Below are positions 63,301-64,000 of a stretch of 64,000 nucleotides of DNA, in pieces. This DNA comes from Camelus ferus. Taxonomy: Eukaryota. Position numbers and translations under genes: made by a program. The stretch spans positions 73,224,001-73,288,000 of the forward strand of contig NC_045697.1 in the NCBI RefSeq assembly GCF_009834535.1, in the 5' to 3' direction. The notes under the pieces were generated by a model, which was given only the letters and a program-made list of their open reading frames with translations, searched no databases and was not told where the DNA came from. The stretch's first letter is position 1; each line of letters starts with the position of its first letter.

Positions 63301-64000
63301 AAGCTGACAAGTTATTTCTAAAATACATATGAAAATGCAAACATCCTAAAATAGGCAGGAAGATCTTGAAAAACAAAGTTGGAGTATGCACACTATTTCA
63401 AGACTTATTATAAAGCTACCGTTATCAACCAACATGATACTGAAAAGCCATTACATGATGTATTTAATAAAAGACATCTTGTTTGATAAGAAAATTCTGT
63501 ATATCATCACTATTGCAAAGAATCTATAAATGATAGGTATTTTGATTAGCATTTCACTCATTTTTCTCTCCTTACTGGGACACAGAGAACATGACTGACC
63601 ATTTAATTGAATGAAATTAAATAGTGTTATAAGGAGACAAATAAATATAAATAGAGAGAGAGGCAGAGGAATAGGGAGGGAGACAAAGCAGGGAGATATG
63701 GATACTTGGTTTTTAAATTTTCGTGCTTAGTTTGTCTTTGAAATGTAACAAATGGAGAAATGGTTTTAGCTGGTTTGTGTTCAGTTCAGTTATTAAGGCA
63801 TTAAAACTGTTGTGCTGTGAATTGCTAACAATTATTTATCAATGTCATTTTGCTAAACTGACTAAGCAATCGTAATACATGAATCTACTTGACAGAGATT
63901 ATCAAGGCTTATATTCATACCAACTGGCTAGAAACCAAATACTTTGTAGCCTCCATCACTGCCCATATTATTGTAGCACAAGTCACAAAGTATGCTTATT

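Larger units (their letters stand above)
59640..63450 (+). mobile_element. Old L1: 5' UTR, ORF1 relic, inter-ORF, ORF2 endonuclease and RT relics with internal deletions
   Basis: ORF1 relics (QIQE.. at 61207-61470); endonuclease motifs (caattatattaaatataaatga..caattaaaaggcaaaga, tgtgtatgaacctaataac); jump to the RT region near 62815. Confidence 0.85.

Noticed and set aside
1..64000. Protein-coding genes from the ORF track
   Set aside because: All ORFs are 135 aa or shorter. The only recognisable ones (9931, 12129, 15625, 28647, 45500, 61207) are L1 relics; the rest are low-complexity, antisense to repeats, or resemble no known protein.
1..64000. Novel multi-gene system, CRISPR array or prokaryotic elements
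   Set aside because: This is a mammalian repeat landscape with no regularly spaced repeat-spacer array and no operon-like ORFs.

Overview
This is AT-rich mammalian non-coding DNA, either intergenic or deep inside a very large intron. It is most likely camelid, because it carries three copies of a tRNA-Ala(AGC)-derived SINE resembling the camelid Vic-1 family and no recognisable Alu, B1, Bov-tA/A2, PRE1 or Can-SINE. Roughly half of the window is interspersed repeat: L1 (old L1M-type and younger lineage-specific 3' ends with target-site duplications, TSDs), L2, MIR, a CR1/L3 relic, MaLR/ERVL LTRs, MER21 and hAT MITEs. No protein-coding gene, RNA gene or CRISPR array can be supported, and the ORFs in the track are either L1 relics or chance ORFs. 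I found no evidence for a new multi-gene system. The best leads are: (1) a 12-nt neural-type microexon candidate at 7914-7925; (2) a homeodomain/TALE-motif-dense block typical of a conserved developmental enhancer at about 56.3-57.2 kb; (3) a CpG-retaining region at about 20.5-26 kb containing a promoter-like core and a candidate minus-strand spliced non-coding unit; (4) a nested stem-loop at 19.3-19.45 kb; and (5) several informative retrotransposition and repair scars. Repeat family names come from recalled consensus similarity and not from a search, and most boundaries are approximate.
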